Source: the human T2T-CHM13v2.0 reference genome, Homo sapiens. From it: a stretch of DNA of 64,000 nt. Positions 14,224 through 25,840 of this stretch are shown here, piece by piece. A model generated the notes under the pieces. That model did not search any database, had not been told where the DNA came from, and saw only the letters and a program-made list of their open reading frames with translations. The stretch's first letter is position 1, and each line of letters starts with the position of its first letter. The position numbers and the translations under genes are program-made. The stretch is from assembly GCF_009914755.1 (NCBI RefSeq), contig NC_060930.1; one strand, 5' to 3'.

Positions 14224-14634
14224 GGAAAAACCTCAGTCGTTAAATCATCTTCTCTTCTTCCCTAAAGTTATTGTGCTGGAACCCTGTAGAGGAAACACGG
14301 ATTAGCTTCAGTTTGGTGTTGTATTTTGAACATGGAGGTATTCTGTGGTTCACATTCTTCTGGGAAAAGTCCCAGTCACCAATGGGGAAGGATGTCACAA
14401 GTCTCTAAGGTCCACTACATACTGTCCACTCAGGGAGGGGCAAATGGATGGGTTGGAGGTTGCTGAGGCCAAAGGAGGAGGATAACAACAGGCTAAGTTT
14501 TTTCCTTTCCCATCCCCAGCCATAGGCCAACATTTTTTCATAGAGAAGTCACTTCATAGCATGATGTACCAACTTCAAAGATTTTGTGACACATTTTTAA
14601 ACTCCTCCGAGAATGATATACAATATACTTCTGG

Positions 14635-14780
14635 TGCCTTAGAGTTTACTATATACACTTTCACATATGTTGCCTTATTTGATCTTCACAAGAACCTTAT
14701 GAGTGATCTCTTATTCCCCTTTGTGGGGGAGGAACAAAGGCTGAGAAACTGTGACGTTCTCAAGGCTGTACGGTAAATCA
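14635..14780 (-). mobile_element. MIR SINE
   Basis: ttcacatatgttgccttatttgatcttcacaagaaccttatgag...ggaggaacaaaggctgaga. Confidence 0.65.
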
Positions 14781-15428
14781 ACAACATTTTCATTGGCACC
14801 CATTACGTGTCAGGGATGATGGTAGACCGTAAGGACCAAGCCAAGATGAGGACTAAGGTTTCAGAATTCTCAGTCTCCTGTCTGGCCTGTCCCATGGTGT
14901 CTTCCTTCCTGATGAGGACAGTTGATAGAACCCGGCATTAGCTTCCAGCTGCATCTCTTTTCTTCCAGGTAAAATGTCCTCTTCTTCCCCACTGAAACAC
15001 ACTCGTAGTCAAAGCTACTTTTATTTCTGTCTGCATCATTTCACCTATTAGAATGTTAACTCCCTGAGGACAAGAATCATTTTTGCTCTTTGTTGTTGTT
15101 TTGTTCTGTCATCTTATAGCCTACATGGTGCAATTTTGTTCAGATAAATTGTGTAACATAAAATCCCCGTGATATATAAAGTTCTACAAATATAATTAGT
15201 CTGTGGGTGACTATAAAGTAAATCATGATATTTTTGAGGGGAGGTGATGAAAATTAGCTTGAACTTCTCCTTTTCCATGCACTTAGTTATTTTAAAGTGA
15301 TTGACATTAAGTTATGAAGTACAAACTAGGTAGAAGTAATAGATGTGTCACAATATGTAGGGGAAATAAAAGCTTACTCATAAAATATAGTTAAATTATT
15401 TTGAATACTCAGGCTTGTAGTTTGACAT

Positions 15429-15447
15429 TGTGTGTGTGTGTGTGTGT
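15429..15447. repeat. (TG)n microsatellite
   Basis: Read directly from the sequence. Confidence 0.9.
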
Positions 15448-15970
15448 AAAGGAAAAGAATATAAAGCTAATTACATCCAGAAATGGAAGAAATGGGAACT
15501 AGAGACTGGGAGGCTGCAGCATTTTTTCATCCAAAACAATCTCAATTCCAACAACAAACCTTTATGAAAGAGTTTAGTTTCCTGAGTGAACTGATGAGCT
15601 CACTTTTCCTTTTCATTTTTCTTTCCAAACTGCACAGCTGAAAAGCATTGTCAGTGGAAACACCCTGTTAAGTCAGTGATTTATACACCCTATCTGTTGG
15701 TTTTTTTCTTAAGATTCTATTTTAACTATTATCTCTTCGAGAAGAGAAACATGACATTCTAAATATAGTCCTCAAATTTTTATATATTCACACTCAGTGC
15801 AAAACATTTCTGAGTTATATGTAATTAATGTACCCAAAGAGAGATTGAAAAAAGTTCAGGGGTTTCTTGTCCACACTTATCCTAGCCTTTATATACCATA
15901 AGAGGGTTAGCTGGATCCCAGAACATCCACCAACAGCATTTGATGTTTAAGAGGTCTAAAATTAAAGCTA

Positions 15971-16005
15971 TGTGTGTGTGTGTGTGTGCGTGTGTGTGTG
16001 TGTGT
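15971..16005. repeat. (TG)n microsatellite, one interruption
   Basis: Read directly from the sequence. Confidence 0.95.
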
Positions 16006-16204
16006 AAGATGAAAGTCTAGAAAGGGGTGGAGATGAGAAAGCAGAAAAAAAAGTCATTATATAAAAGTTCATTTGTGATAATGACATTATTTAAGAAATA
16101 CATTGAAAATGAAATTCGAATATTCCACTGCAATTAAAATGAATAAACAGTCTGTATATTAAGATGGAGAGATAAGGTAAAAAATAACATTGAATAAAAA
16201 AAAT

Positions 16205-16389
16205 CAGTCTGGGCAACATAGCGAGACTTTGTCTCCACAAAATAATAAAAAAAGTTAGTTGGGTGCCTGGAGTCCCAGCTACTCAGGAAGCTGAGGCTTG
16301 AGCCTAGGAGGCTGAGGCTGCTGTGAGCCATGATTGCACCACTGTACTCCAGCCTGGGCAACAGAGTGAGACCATATTTCAAAAAAAAA
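16205..16389 (+). mobile_element. AluJ-type, 5'-truncated and internally deleted
   Basis: ctgggcaacatagcgagac...gctgtgagccatgattgcaccactgtactccagcctggg, then A tail. Confidence 0.85.
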
Positions 16390-16985
16390 CCCAAGTTGTA
16401 CAAAAATATTTAACAATGACAACTTTTATGTAAAATAAAAAATAATACAAAATATAATATATGAATTCATATATGTATGGTATGATTATTTTTTAAAACA
16501 CATATATTGCATTTTGGTTAATAAATTTCTATGGAGAGGTAGGATAGAGAAGGTAACTGGGGAAAGATGAATTTAGTTTTAATATTTTATTTCCTTTAAT
16601 GAAGAAAATATAAGAACCAAATATGGCAGATTATTAATAGTTCAAAGGGTGGTGTTTGCTCTATTATTTCCTATTTCAGTATATACATAATTTTCAAATT
16701 AACAAGAACAAGTAAATTTTAGCCTTTAAAACCATTTGTATATTGAGAAAATCTAGAGTAATACAAATTTGGAGGTTTAAGATGTACATCATAAAATAAG
16801 TGATTGAGCTCATTTTTAAGTGTTCTGATTACACTTGCATCATTTATGGAGATACAATGTTTTCTTTAAAAATGTTCACCACATTACTATTTGAGGTCCA
16901 CTAATATTTTAATATTGTGTTAGCAAAGATTTTTGGTATTCCCTTTAGTGCTCAACGTTGGTACACTAACTCAGAGGTGTTTTGA

Positions 16986-17160
16986 TTTTTTCATTTTCAA
17001 AATGAATATATTTTCATTTTCATGAATTCAAATGAATTCATTTCAAAATGAAATATTTTCATTTTCATTTTCATGAATTCAAATGAATTCATTTCAAAAT
17101 GAAATATTTTCATTTTCATTTTCATTTTTTCATTTCAAAAAAATTCTTATTTCATTTCAC
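16986..17160. repeat. AT-rich minisatellite (46-51-bp period) built from short palindromes
   Basis: Unit tttcaaaatgaaatattttcattttc(attttc)atgaattcaaatgaattca; units start at 16995, 17041 and 17092. Confidence 0.9.
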
Positions 17161-17164
17161 TCAC

Positions 17165-17533
17165 TGATATGGTTTGGCTCTGTGTTCCCACCCAAATCTC
17201 ATCTTGAATTGTAATCCCCATAATCCCCATGTGTCGAGGGAGAGACCAAGTGGGAGGTGGTTGAATCATGGGGCGGGTTTCCTCCATGCTGTCCTCATGA
17301 AAGTTAGTGAGTTCTCACAAGATCTGATGGTTTATAAGGCAGTTTTCCCCGCTTTTGCTCCCCGTTTCTCGCCTACACCATGTAAGATGTGCCTGCTTCC
17401 CCTTCTGCCACAATTGTAAGTTTCCTGAGGCCTCCTCAGCCATGTGGAACTTTGAGTCAATTAAACCTCTTTCCTTTATAAATTACCCAGTCTTGGATAT
17501 TTCTTTATGGCTGTGTGAAAACAGACTAATATA
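17165..17533 (+). mobile_element. THE1D-like (MaLR) solo LTR
   Basis: tgatatggtttggctctgtg...acagactaatata; 5-bp TSD CTCAC at 17160-17164 and 17534-17538. Confidence 0.92.
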
Positions 17534-17570
17534 CTCACTATCTGTGCAGTTGTGAAATTTGAAATAAATG

Positions 17571-17762
17571 TCCTTCCTTCCTCCCTCCCTCCCTCCTTTC
17601 CTCCTTCCCTCCTTCCCTCCCTCCTTTCTTCCTTCCCTCCCTCCCTCCCTCCTTTCCTCCTTCCCTCCTTCCCTCCCTCCTTTCTTCCTCCTCCTTCGCG
17701 CCTTCCCTCCTTCCTTCCTTCCTCCCTCCCTCCCTCCCTCCCTCCTTCCTTCCTTCCTTCTT
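17571..17762. repeat. (CCCT/CCTT)n polypyrimidine tract
   Basis: Read directly from the sequence; source of the P/S/F-rich and G/R/E-rich spurious ORFs. Confidence 0.95.
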
Positions 17763-17947
17763 TACTTCCTTGTTTCTCTACTTCCTTTTTAATTTTTTCT
17801 TTCATTAGGGAGATAATTGTTTTACTTGTTTGTTGGCCATCTCTCAATTGAAATATTTAGCATACTGTGATGTACTTTTTTCCACAAACCTTTTCCATTT
17901 CTACGTTACTACATCCTTTGCATATTTGAAGCTAATTTTCCCATTAG

Positions 17948-18052
17948 TTTTTTTAAGTGACCTGTTGTAATTGTACATATTTATGGGGTACCAGAGACTG
18001 GGGAAGGGAGGAAGGAGAAAAAGATGGGGAGATGTTGGTCAGTGAGTACAAT
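17948..18052 (-). mobile_element. Tiny L1MA-type insertion with 5' inversion
   Basis: Minus-strand L1 3' terminus (ttttaagtgac...aattgtacatatttatggggtac) fused to a plus-strand 3' UTR piece (accagagactggggaaggg...gttggtcagtgagtaca). Confidence 0.65.
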
Positions 18053-18202
18053 GTTTCCATTGTTTTTTTCTCCTGAAAATTACTCTGGAACTTGTGTAAT
18101 AGTTATAATTGTGACTAACTGCACTGTGACTCACCTGACCATAGCAGCATGCATTTAAAAGGAGGAGACGGTAATGTAAATGAATCTGGAGAGTGCTACA
18201 AC

Positions 18203-18705
18203 TGTGTAGAAGACATTGCTAGTGGTCTATCCAATATCCATACCCCATTGTTAATGAACTAACAGAACATTGATTTCTTGAAGGTCAGCAGTGTGTCCAG
18301 TCAAAAAGCTTACTTCCTCAGCCTCTTTTGCAGCTATTGTTGAATATGTGACTTGGTTTGAGAGAATAAAAATAATTAGGAGTCATTGAATAAGTATTCT
18401 AGAAAATGTTTTGAAAGGTACGACCTTAATGGGCAAAATTCCTTTGCTTTTCCCCCTTTCTCTTCTCTCTTCCTTTCTGAAGTGCAAACTTTATGCCCAT
18501 AGGTATGGTAGCCATCTTGCAAACAGGAAGATGAAGATCACATGTGAAGGAGAGCAGAGCTGAAGAGCAGCAGGACCCCAAGGCCCGGATGCCATAATCT
18601 AGAAGCTGGCTTAGATTGGGCTTGTCCACTAGTAGACTCATTGTTACATGAAAAATGCTCAACAATAGAAGATCCATGTGTTTAAGCTACTGTTATTCAG
18701 GTGTA
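18203..18705 (+). mobile_element. Old ERVL/MaLR LTR (LTR16- or MLT1-like)
   Basis: acttcctcagcctcttttgcagct...gccatcttgc...tgtgtttaagctactgttatt motifs. Confidence 0.55.
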
Positions 18706-20344
18706 TCCGAGCCAGCTGGAGGAGAGCCTAGGGATCCTTTATTTTAGAGATGATGAAACTCAGATACCAAACAGGTTAAGCAGTACACTTTATCTATGGT
18801 CTAACTGCACAGCATCTGCACAACATCTGCATTCTATAATAATTATTGTTTTGGAAAGACAACATGTTGAAATGTTTTAATGGTTATTTAGCCATACCTT
18901 TGGCAATCAACAGTGGATTTGCATAGTTCTTTTTTTGCAGGATTCAAAGGACTTCCAACATGGCATTCTTAACCTTTCTTCTTTGTCGTCACTGAATGGC
19001 CTTTATACCTCAATCTGAAGCTTGAATGTGTTCTTCACAATCCCCATATTAGGTATTTTGTTAATTCATCCTTACAGTTTAAAGAAAGGATAAATTCACA
19101 ATCATTTGAGGTATGAGATAAAATATTTTCTCTTTGATTTTATAGTATATCCCAACAAAATAATACCAGAGAAATAAAATTTTTCAGAACATTCTCTATT
19201 TCCTTCTAGATATATTTAATCAATATACCAAAGATCTTTGCTTATAAAACTTAATTTTGAGTAGGGAAATCAAATTGCACTAAAAGTAGATCTAATAGTC
19301 TCATCTTATTTAATAAGAACTTCCATTTTTAAAAAACAGACATTTATTATCAGTTATGTGCTGTCAGGCACCGTTTTTTGCTTTCAATGAAAAAGTGAAT
19401 GTGAACGTGTCTCTACATAGGGAAGGATCAAACATAATGAAACAGATAAATAAATGAACCAATGATGACGGCTTAGTGAGAAGAAGGCAGTGAGAGAGGT
19501 GTTTATAGAGTCCGATGGGAAGGGAGAAGAAAAACATTGAAATCAAACTGTCAGTTAGGTGAGACATCCTAGGAGAGATGATACCTCAGATATGTCACTA
19601 TGGAAAAGTAAAAGTTGGCCAGGCATAAAAGGAAGGAACATTCTAGCTGAATACAATATGTTTAATGATGATATAAAACAAGGCAAGCAGGACTAAATTG
19701 AGGAAAGCTTACATAATTTAGGATAGCTGGAATAAAAGTTTATGTGGGAGAGAGACACTAGATAAAGCTAGGAAGCTAAAATAAGGCAGACCAGGAAGAA
19801 TATTACTCAGTTAAATTAATATCAATTCAACAAGCATTTTGAGTATCTCACTGTGTACCAGGCACTGCCCTGAGATGTGGATTACAAAGGCCATAAGGAT
19901 TTACAGCTTTGTGCTAAATTGAGTGGGTGTGATTTTTTTTCTCGGAAGGTTCCTCTGGATATTTCTGAGGCCAACCTGTGTCATGAGTCATAGAGGAAGA
20001 AGAAACTGGAGGTGGGATGGAGAGTGAGCTAAGCAGTGTCTGCGGTCCTGGGGAGCATTACTGCACCTGCTAGCCCACAGAAAGCTTGCTGGCTATTGAT
20101 GATTCCTGGCTTTTCCCTGAGAGCAACTGGATGCCACTTTCTACGTGAAACCGTGTTACTTAGGGATGGAAATGAAGCTAGGAATGGGAATGGGAATGGG
20201 TTGGCTCCTACTTGTGTGAGGTGAGATAATGAGAATGTTGATATAATGGAAGCTCTGCTTGTTTGAAGCTCTTTATGCTGCTCCCTGTGTTACCTTATTT
20301 GGATGATTATATTTTGTTTTTATTATAGGATCGAGTCAATTATC

Positions 20345-20720
20345 AACTATCACTGTCTTCCATTTTGTGTTCCAATTTAGCATTTTCAGAAACTTAAGTA
20401 AAATGCATTTTCATTACTGTTCATGGTATTGCATCCTTTTCCTTTCCATGTAAACCATCTTGACTTCCCAAGACTCTGTTTCGCATCATCTGCCTCTCTA
20501 GTGTCTTCTGCAATCTTATTTGCCATTAATTGTTCCGTAGCTGAAAAAATTCCTGCATGCTCAGAGATGGCATTTTCTAAGGAGGTGAAGTTTTCAGTAC
20601 TTCTCAATTCTGCATCATCTTCCCTTTCTGTCCTCTCCTCTCTCATCAGTTTAAGTAAAGAATCTTGTTCTTAGTTGGTTTCTGTCATTTGACATTACTT
20701 CTACCATCAAGTACTTACAT
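20345..20720 (-). mobile_element. Probable pogo/Tigger-type transposase fossil (CENP-B-type HTH)
   Basis: Minus-frame ...FTSLENAI...GIFSATEQLMANKIAEDT...SLGKSRWF...FYLSF*KC*IGTQ follows the LE..L..W...QLKALEIA...FKAS.GW...LSLRRRT pattern; in-frame stops on both sides. Confidence 0.4.
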
Positions 20721-21648
20721 TTCTGATAGGACATGCTTCAAGAAAGAATCTTCTTCAGGACCCAAAGGAATGATGCTATTTATAATAGTAAAGGGATAGA
20801 CAATGGGGTCAAATTTAGTGTCACTCACTGGCATTGCTCAAAAGTCACTCAGATCTCACCTTAAGTCTGGATAAAACCCTCTCCTTTTGGCGAAACCTAT
20901 TTTTAAAGGTTTATAAAATCTAAGAAATTTAGAATATTTGTTGAAGCTGAGACCTCACCATAGAAGAAAAGGCATTTTACCTTGCAGTACTTGCACTATT
21001 ATTATAAAAGAAAGAAAGCATGCTAGTAGTGCTAGCATTGAAGAAATTAACAGTCTAAAGAAAGTAGCAATCTTTAATAATTTGTTTCTTGACTTCTTTC
21101 ATATTCTGACCAGCAGATGAGCAGTTGTTCATGTTTTTAATTTTAAAAAAGGAGGCCACCATTTTTTTGCTGTGTTACAGATACTACTAAATACCATACT
21201 TTAACAACTCAAATACTTTTAATAGAAAGAAAAATCTTTTATATACTATGTATGTCAGTATTAGCATATAATAGTAAAATAGAAGTAGTTAAATTTTGTT
21301 TAAACAAAGGTCTTGATGATTTCATATATTTATACTGAAATAGACATCTAAACACAGGAGAAAAATTAATAACATCAACTACCTTATATTGACGTTATAT
21401 TGATAATAAATAGTGTGTGTGCCTTGTCACCCTACCTTCATCTCTCTCCAGCAACATCTCTTTCTGTGCTGTCTTCAGTGTCCTTCCAATTAGAATAAAT
21501 CCTTATGTAATAATGATACTCCAAATATTTACTAGCAGACCTTTTACAATTAGAAATCATTGTAGTTTATAATTATAGTTTATGAAACATATTACTTGCC
21601 TCTGAATTTCCCAGTGTGTGTGTGTGTCGCGGGGGCGGCGCTGGGGGG

Positions 21649-21928
21649 TTATTTATTTTTTTTCTGAGACAGAGTCTCATTCTGTTGCCAAGGCTGGAGT
21701 GCAGTGGCACGTGATCTTGGCTCACTGCAACTTCTGCCTTTTGGGTTCAAGTGATTCTCCTGCCTCACCCTCCTGAGTAGCTGGGATTACAGGTGCGGGT
21801 CTCCACTCCCGGCTAATTTTGGCTAATTTTTTTTGTATTTTTAGTAGAGACGGGCTTTCACCATGTTGGCCTGGCTGGTCTCGAACTCTTGACTTCAGGC
21901 ACTCTGCCCACCTTGGCGTCCCAAAGTC
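21649..21928 (-). mobile_element. AluS, slightly 5'-truncated
   Basis: Dimeric Alu in reverse; imperfect TSD cccagtgtgt / cccattgtgt. Confidence 0.93.
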
Positions 21929-23169
21929 CCATTGTGTATTTCACAGAACATTAGAACTGAGAACAGTTCATGAATATCAGGGTCCTAGAGCCAAAGGAAT
22001 GTGGGAAATAGTTCCTATCACGTTTTTCTCTTGAAAATTTATAATGATCTTTGGTATACATTAAGAACTGATATCTGGAGTATAGAAACTTGTTTCGTTT
22101 GTTTAATTACTGCTTTCCCAAATAATAGACTCATTTGGGTTAATGTTTTGGGATCAGTGTTCCAAGAGCCATCATTCAGGAAGCAGTGGATTAACCAGAC
22201 TTTCAAATATAAATGGTTTTAGAAGTCAATTTTTCAGGCTTGCTCTCTTAACTTGCACTCTTTTTTCTCTTGTTATATTTGCAAATTGTCTCCAATGTGG
22301 GGAAATTATTTTTAGCAAAATGTAATTTAAAGCAGATACTTCAATTTCAGTATTTACTAAGCTACCACTTGCAGCTTCATCTAAATGAAGAATCAATACC
22401 ATCAAAAGCAAGTATTTCCATTTAAAAAAACTATTGCTATTAATGCATTTAAAAAATTTAGGACAATAGCACTCGAAATTTTAAAACTTTTCTGTTGGCA
22501 AATATACAACACTTTAAAAATGCAAACAATAATGGAAATAAATGTATTACAAATTACAGCCCAGGGAAGGTTTCTAGGAAGAAGTAAATGCCTATTTCTT
22601 GGATTTTCAAACATAATATGTTACTGTGATTCAAAGGAATACTGGCAAAGAAATGAAACTGAAAACATTAGCTTGGCCTTATTCAAAGTAAAAGATTTTT
22701 GTAATTCTGATTTGCCATGTGTTAAGGGATAAGGAATGTAAAATCACAGAGAATAATTTGAAGAATAATAACAGTGTGATAAAGCACTCAAAGGGTTCCA
22801 TGCTAATATAAATGGAAAGAAAACAGGGCTTAATTTTAAAAATTGAAAGGAAATACAAGAACAAATGGAGACCTACAGACATTTTAAATTCATGAAAGAT
22901 GTGAACAGCATTCTCATTCATCAAATACAGAACACGTGCAATAAAGGGGCTCTATCTGAATCTTGAAAGTTGAAATATGAGTACTACCAAAAGGGACACT
23001 TTACATAACACGTCCTGACAGGCAAAGGATGTAAAATAGTTCAAGGAAGGTTTTAAGATATTCATAAATAAACCGTGATTTTAAAAAAATGTTGTTGCTA
23101 CTTCAAATAGCTAAGGGAAATGGATTGCTTGTAAACAAATATGAATGTTGACTTTCTAAGTCAATATAA

Positions 23170-23365
23170 TAAAGTATTTAAGAGTGTGGTATCTGGAATT
23201 TAACTGTATCATTCGTCATCACAACTTCTGCACTTATGTTTTAAAGTTACTTAATGTATCTAAATCTCACTTCCATCTATAACATTTGGCAAATGACAGG
23301 ACCTATTTCACTGGATTGTTGTAAAGTTTCAGCACAGCTCTAGGTACAGAGGAAGTAGATAAAAA
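23170..23365 (+). mobile_element. MIR SINE
   Basis: taagagtgtggtatctgga...aagttacttaatgtatctaaatctcacttccatctataa. Confidence 0.55.
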
Positions 23366-24764
23366 CTGGTAGCTATTGTAATACTGTGATAAAATGCATA
23401 TTTGATGACACATCATTGAACTTTTGGGCACAGAGAAATCCCCAGACACTTCTCAGAGCTATTTTAAAAGAACAGATATTAAGCTTGGAGGAAACTGGCA
23501 ACATCTCCCATATTTTTAACCTCTTAGTCAATATTCCCTATGGTACAATTTTGAAATTATATAATGATTTTAAAGTTTATTATATGTCTAAATCTGCCAT
23601 CAAATGTGTTTGGTGATTTTCTGTGCCCATAGTTTTGTCAACTCAAATATTTATTATAAAAAGCATTCCTGAATATTTTATTTAACTTTTATGACTTATT
23701 TGCAAATGTTTACTTATCTCGGAACTAGAAGAGAATCCTTCATCTTGCCCTAATGGTCAAATTCTTGTATTTTTAATTTTGTCTGATGTGATGGTAAGAG
23801 AAGAAAGTTGTTTTTCCTTAGCTATTGAAGTTTTCTGAGTGTACTTACTGTAAGTAATGAACTTTAATTACTTTTGCAATTATAGCTTATTTGATTGAAT
23901 TTTCCACTGACTGCACAAAACATCTGTCCTGCTGGGACCATACATCGTCTCTGGTCTGGGTACAATATGTTGTCAAAATATAGTAACATTTGCAGTCCAT
24001 TAATTTCTGAAGCAATAGGCAAGTTAGGCTTCCAAAAGGGCTGAGTTTATACTTGGGAATTCTGTTCCTGTGCTTTCCATCTAAGTGGACCGAGACCATT
24101 CATGCTTTCCGATTTGTTTTAGTCTCTACTTAGTGTTTAATAAACAAATATAAACAATTAGCACAGTATTTGGCTTGAAACTCTGTTTTATTCTGACTAT
24201 ACCAGCTGTCCTCAGATATTATAGAAATAACAATGGTTAGAAGGCACTTCATTATGATTTTGCAGACATTAGGATGCGGTTATTGGAATTAAGTGATAAG
24301 ATATTTTTTGATAACAGCACTTTTATGTGAACTTCTTTGAAGACTAAGACTAAAGATACTTAAAAGGTGGAAAAGAAGCTCCTAGGAATACAAAAACTTT
24401 TGATTTTGCCTGAAAGTACAGTGAAAGACTGTTATTATTGTTACCATCATTTCTTGTTTTTTACAGAAATGTATTTCAGAATATGTGCTCAGAATATTCC
24501 TCTAGTAAGGTCTAGAGACCATTTTCTTATGTTTCAGATAAAACAGGTAAGGCATAAATAAATCACAGAGAAAGAATAATGTTGAATATGTATAAAGGCT
24601 TAGGGCAGTCACCAGTAAAGGTCATTAATTTCTATAAAGATTTTGGAGCTACCGTATCAATTTACTCAAGTTTGGTTTGTGTTTCTCAATCAACAACAAT
24701 TGTTACTCCAATTTTCAAAATAGAAAATATTGTCCATCCAAGTCTCAGTCAGAATTTTATGGTT

Positions 24765-25055
24765 GTAGAAACCATTCATGTTCACCCACATTTTCCATAC
24801 GTCCTTGCAGTCTTTTGCTTATGATTGGTTTCTGGTCAGAGAATGGGTCAGAAGTAATGAATACCATTTCCAAGGCTGGCTCTTCACCCTTCTCTTTTTC
24901 TCTCCCAGGTCAACCTTAGAGGTCAAGTGTTTCAGATGGCAGAGCTACAAGATAATGGGGCTGCTTTGTCCAAATTAGGCAGAGCCACCAGTAAAAGACA
25001 AACATTTTTAATCTTAAATTTCTGAGATTTAGGCCTGTTGCAGCACCCATATTAA
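24765..25055 (+). mobile_element. Old LTR16/MLT-like LTR fragment
   Basis: ttctggtcagagaatgggtcagaagtaatg...ccatttccaaggctgg...cagatggcagagctacaagat...ctgagatttagg. Confidence 0.5.
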
Positions 25056-25826
25056 ATCATTACTATACCATTACTAAGTGACTTATGCAAACCATATCTA
25101 ATCCCAGTGAGGTAGTTGCCATTGTACCTATGAGAGTGAACATTACTTCAGGAGGGCTATCTATGACTCTTTGGCACTATCTAAACTATATATTATGTCC
25201 ATTCCTCAGCTCAGCAAGATACAGCATTTATAGTCATACATACTTACATTCATATGTATAGCTTATTCAACTGCTAACTAAGCAGACCAATGACAAAAAT
25301 AGTACAACATGAACTGTTTTTATGAGGGAGGAGAGAGAGCCTAGGAGTAGGCTCAGGAAGCCCCACTGGAGGATGACCAGGTAAACAGGCAGGGCTAAGA
25401 ACTAGGGAATCATCAAGGGTTGAAGAAGGAGTGAAACGACCTTTCAAAGAGCATCCCTGAGAAACAGGCTTTCAACATCCAGAGCAACCATGGGGCTGAG
25501 AGGAAAAATTGTGACCATGCCATCATCACAGTGGGACCTGCTGAGTACAAACTGCTAGATTCCTACTGAAGGCTCCTTCCTCCCTTTCCTATCACAGACA
25601 TAGATGAAAACACACTGGTGGGGAAGGGTTGAGCCCTGCGAGGTTATCTGATGCACCCTCTCTACCACTTTTGTGCATCTTAAATGGGGTTTAAACATCC
25701 TAAAATGTCTGCAATGTGTTCATTTCCTGTGGTAGATCTACAGTGTGTGACAGGAAATCTATTTCTTTTCCTGTAGATGCTAAATTCATTACCTTGACAC
25801 AGAATTTAGACACACTCTTTGCACTA

Positions 25827-25840
25827 GCTTCCATAGCAAC
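25827..25840. promoter_or_regulatory. RFX X-box-like motif
   Basis: GCTTCCATAGCAAC (reverse complement GTTGCTATGGAAGC). Confidence 0.4.

Noticed and set aside
17476-17851. G/R/E-rich and P/S/F-rich ORFs (also 3087-3380)
   Set aside because: Translations of simple repeats.
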